DNA of 64,000 nt from a virus (taxonomy: Duplodnaviria; Caudoviricetes). The DNA is taken from IMG/VR virus record IMGVR_UViG_3300011008_001623, positions 4,412 to 68,411 of that record; one strand, written 5' to 3'. The notes beneath the pieces are model-generated. The model had not been told where the DNA came from, did no database searches, and saw only the letters and a program-made list of their open reading frames with translations. Each line of letters opens with the position of its first letter. Position 1 is the first letter of the stretch. Of the stretch, positions 63,306 through 64,000 are shown piece after piece. A program made the translations under genes and the position numbers.

Positions 63306-63856
63306 ACCTAAAAATCACTAAAAAAACAAAGCCTATGACTAGAATCAGATATGCTATGTTATATCCAAAACAAGATTTTAAAGTCAATGACTCTGTATTT
63401 GATGGTGAATCTTATGGAATAGTAAAAAGTGTAGGATATCATATTATAGCTGATTTTAGTGGTGAGGAGAAAAAAGTAAAACATAGTTTTGCTGATAAGA
63501 ATTGGCAGATTAGAAAAAAGCCAGTAACAAAAACTTTTCCAAAACCTATAACTAAATCTGAAGATGATATATTTGAACAAACCGATGCAGAAACAGAATT
63601 AGCAAAACTTCGTACTGGAGGATTAAATACAATACCTTCTAGAAGCATATCTGCAAAACGAGATTTGCCGGATGTAAATGATGTAGAATGGGGAGAAGAT
63701 GGCGTTTCATTAGGATTAGAAGATTTACAATCTGCTTTATTAGGAGGAATTCCTGAAAATCCTATGAAAGATTTAAAAGGATTAACTACACCTATAGTTC
63801 AGGCAAATAAAGGAAGTTATACTTTAGAAGATAAATTAAAAGATATTTGGTCATGA
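63302..63856 (+). CDS. hypothetical head-associated protein
   Basis: 184 aa; ends LEDKLKDIWS like the protease; followed by terminator AAAGGAGAG/CTCTCCC. Confidence 0.75.
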   Translation: MNLKITKKTKPMTRIRYAMLYPKQDFKVNDSVFDGESYGIVKSVGYHIIADFSGEEKKVKHSFADKNWQIRKKPVTKTFPKPITKSEDDIFEQTDAETELAKLRTGGLNTIPSRSISAKRDLPDVNDVEWGEDGVSLGLEDLQSALLGGIPENPMKDLKGLTTPIVQANKGSYTLEDKLKDIWS

Positions 63857-64000
63857 AAAAAGGAGAGTAATTAAAACTCTCCCGTTTTTATTTTAAAAAA
63901 TATATGGTATGAAATAATTTTAAATTTTTTAAAAACCATTTCATTTTTAAAAACATATATAAATATATACATATATAATAAAAACTATTATACATGAGAA

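Noticed and set aside
1-64000. tRNA or rRNA genes (expected given thg1)
   Set aside because: No cloverleaf with T-loop GTTCRA and acceptor stem was recognised by eye; tRNAscan-SE would be needed to exclude them formally.
1-64000. Stop-codon reassignment as seen in some gut jumbo phages
   Set aside because: Long conserved genes are intact in the standard code and end in TAA, TAG or TGA. The apparent breaks are explained by introns or the A9 run; reading through the TAG at 36111 hits a TAA within a few codons.

Overview
Very AT-rich 64 kb segment of a large tailed (myovirus/jumbo-type) phage read in the standard genetic code. The host is probably a low-GC Bacillota; Negativicutes is a weak guess from the secreted protein and fibre-tip style. 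Left end (1-11.9 kb): an island of ORF-less promoter-terminator units, including two paralogous ~300-nt structured RNAs that share a covarying H-type pseudoknot. It is followed by early/accessory genes: a degenerate nucleotidyltransferase, Thg1, a Cys-rich peptide, an atypical radical SAM/SPASM enzyme, two FVTNSSSS-leader proteins, an ART-fold protein and an HD protein. Middle: tail fibre modules, PAAR, an MmcB-like nuclease, an intact GGDEF diguanylate cyclase, guanylate kinase, a terminase large subunit split by a group I intron carrying TnpB (IStron-like, no TnpA in the window), an M16 peptidase and a sigma factor. Right: putative head proteins, two free-standing endonucleases, more fibres, HU, a portal gene split by two ORF-less group I introns, the prohead protease and a tandem GIY-YIG protein. 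At least eleven otherwise unrelated, mostly acidic proteins carry a terminal KRL-x(1-3)-[K/R/T]-A-like basic motif, suggesting a capsid-targeting/processing signal. No tRNA, rRNA, CRISPR array, integrase or reverse transcriptase was recognised. All calls come from reading motifs by eye; no database searches or folding programs were run.
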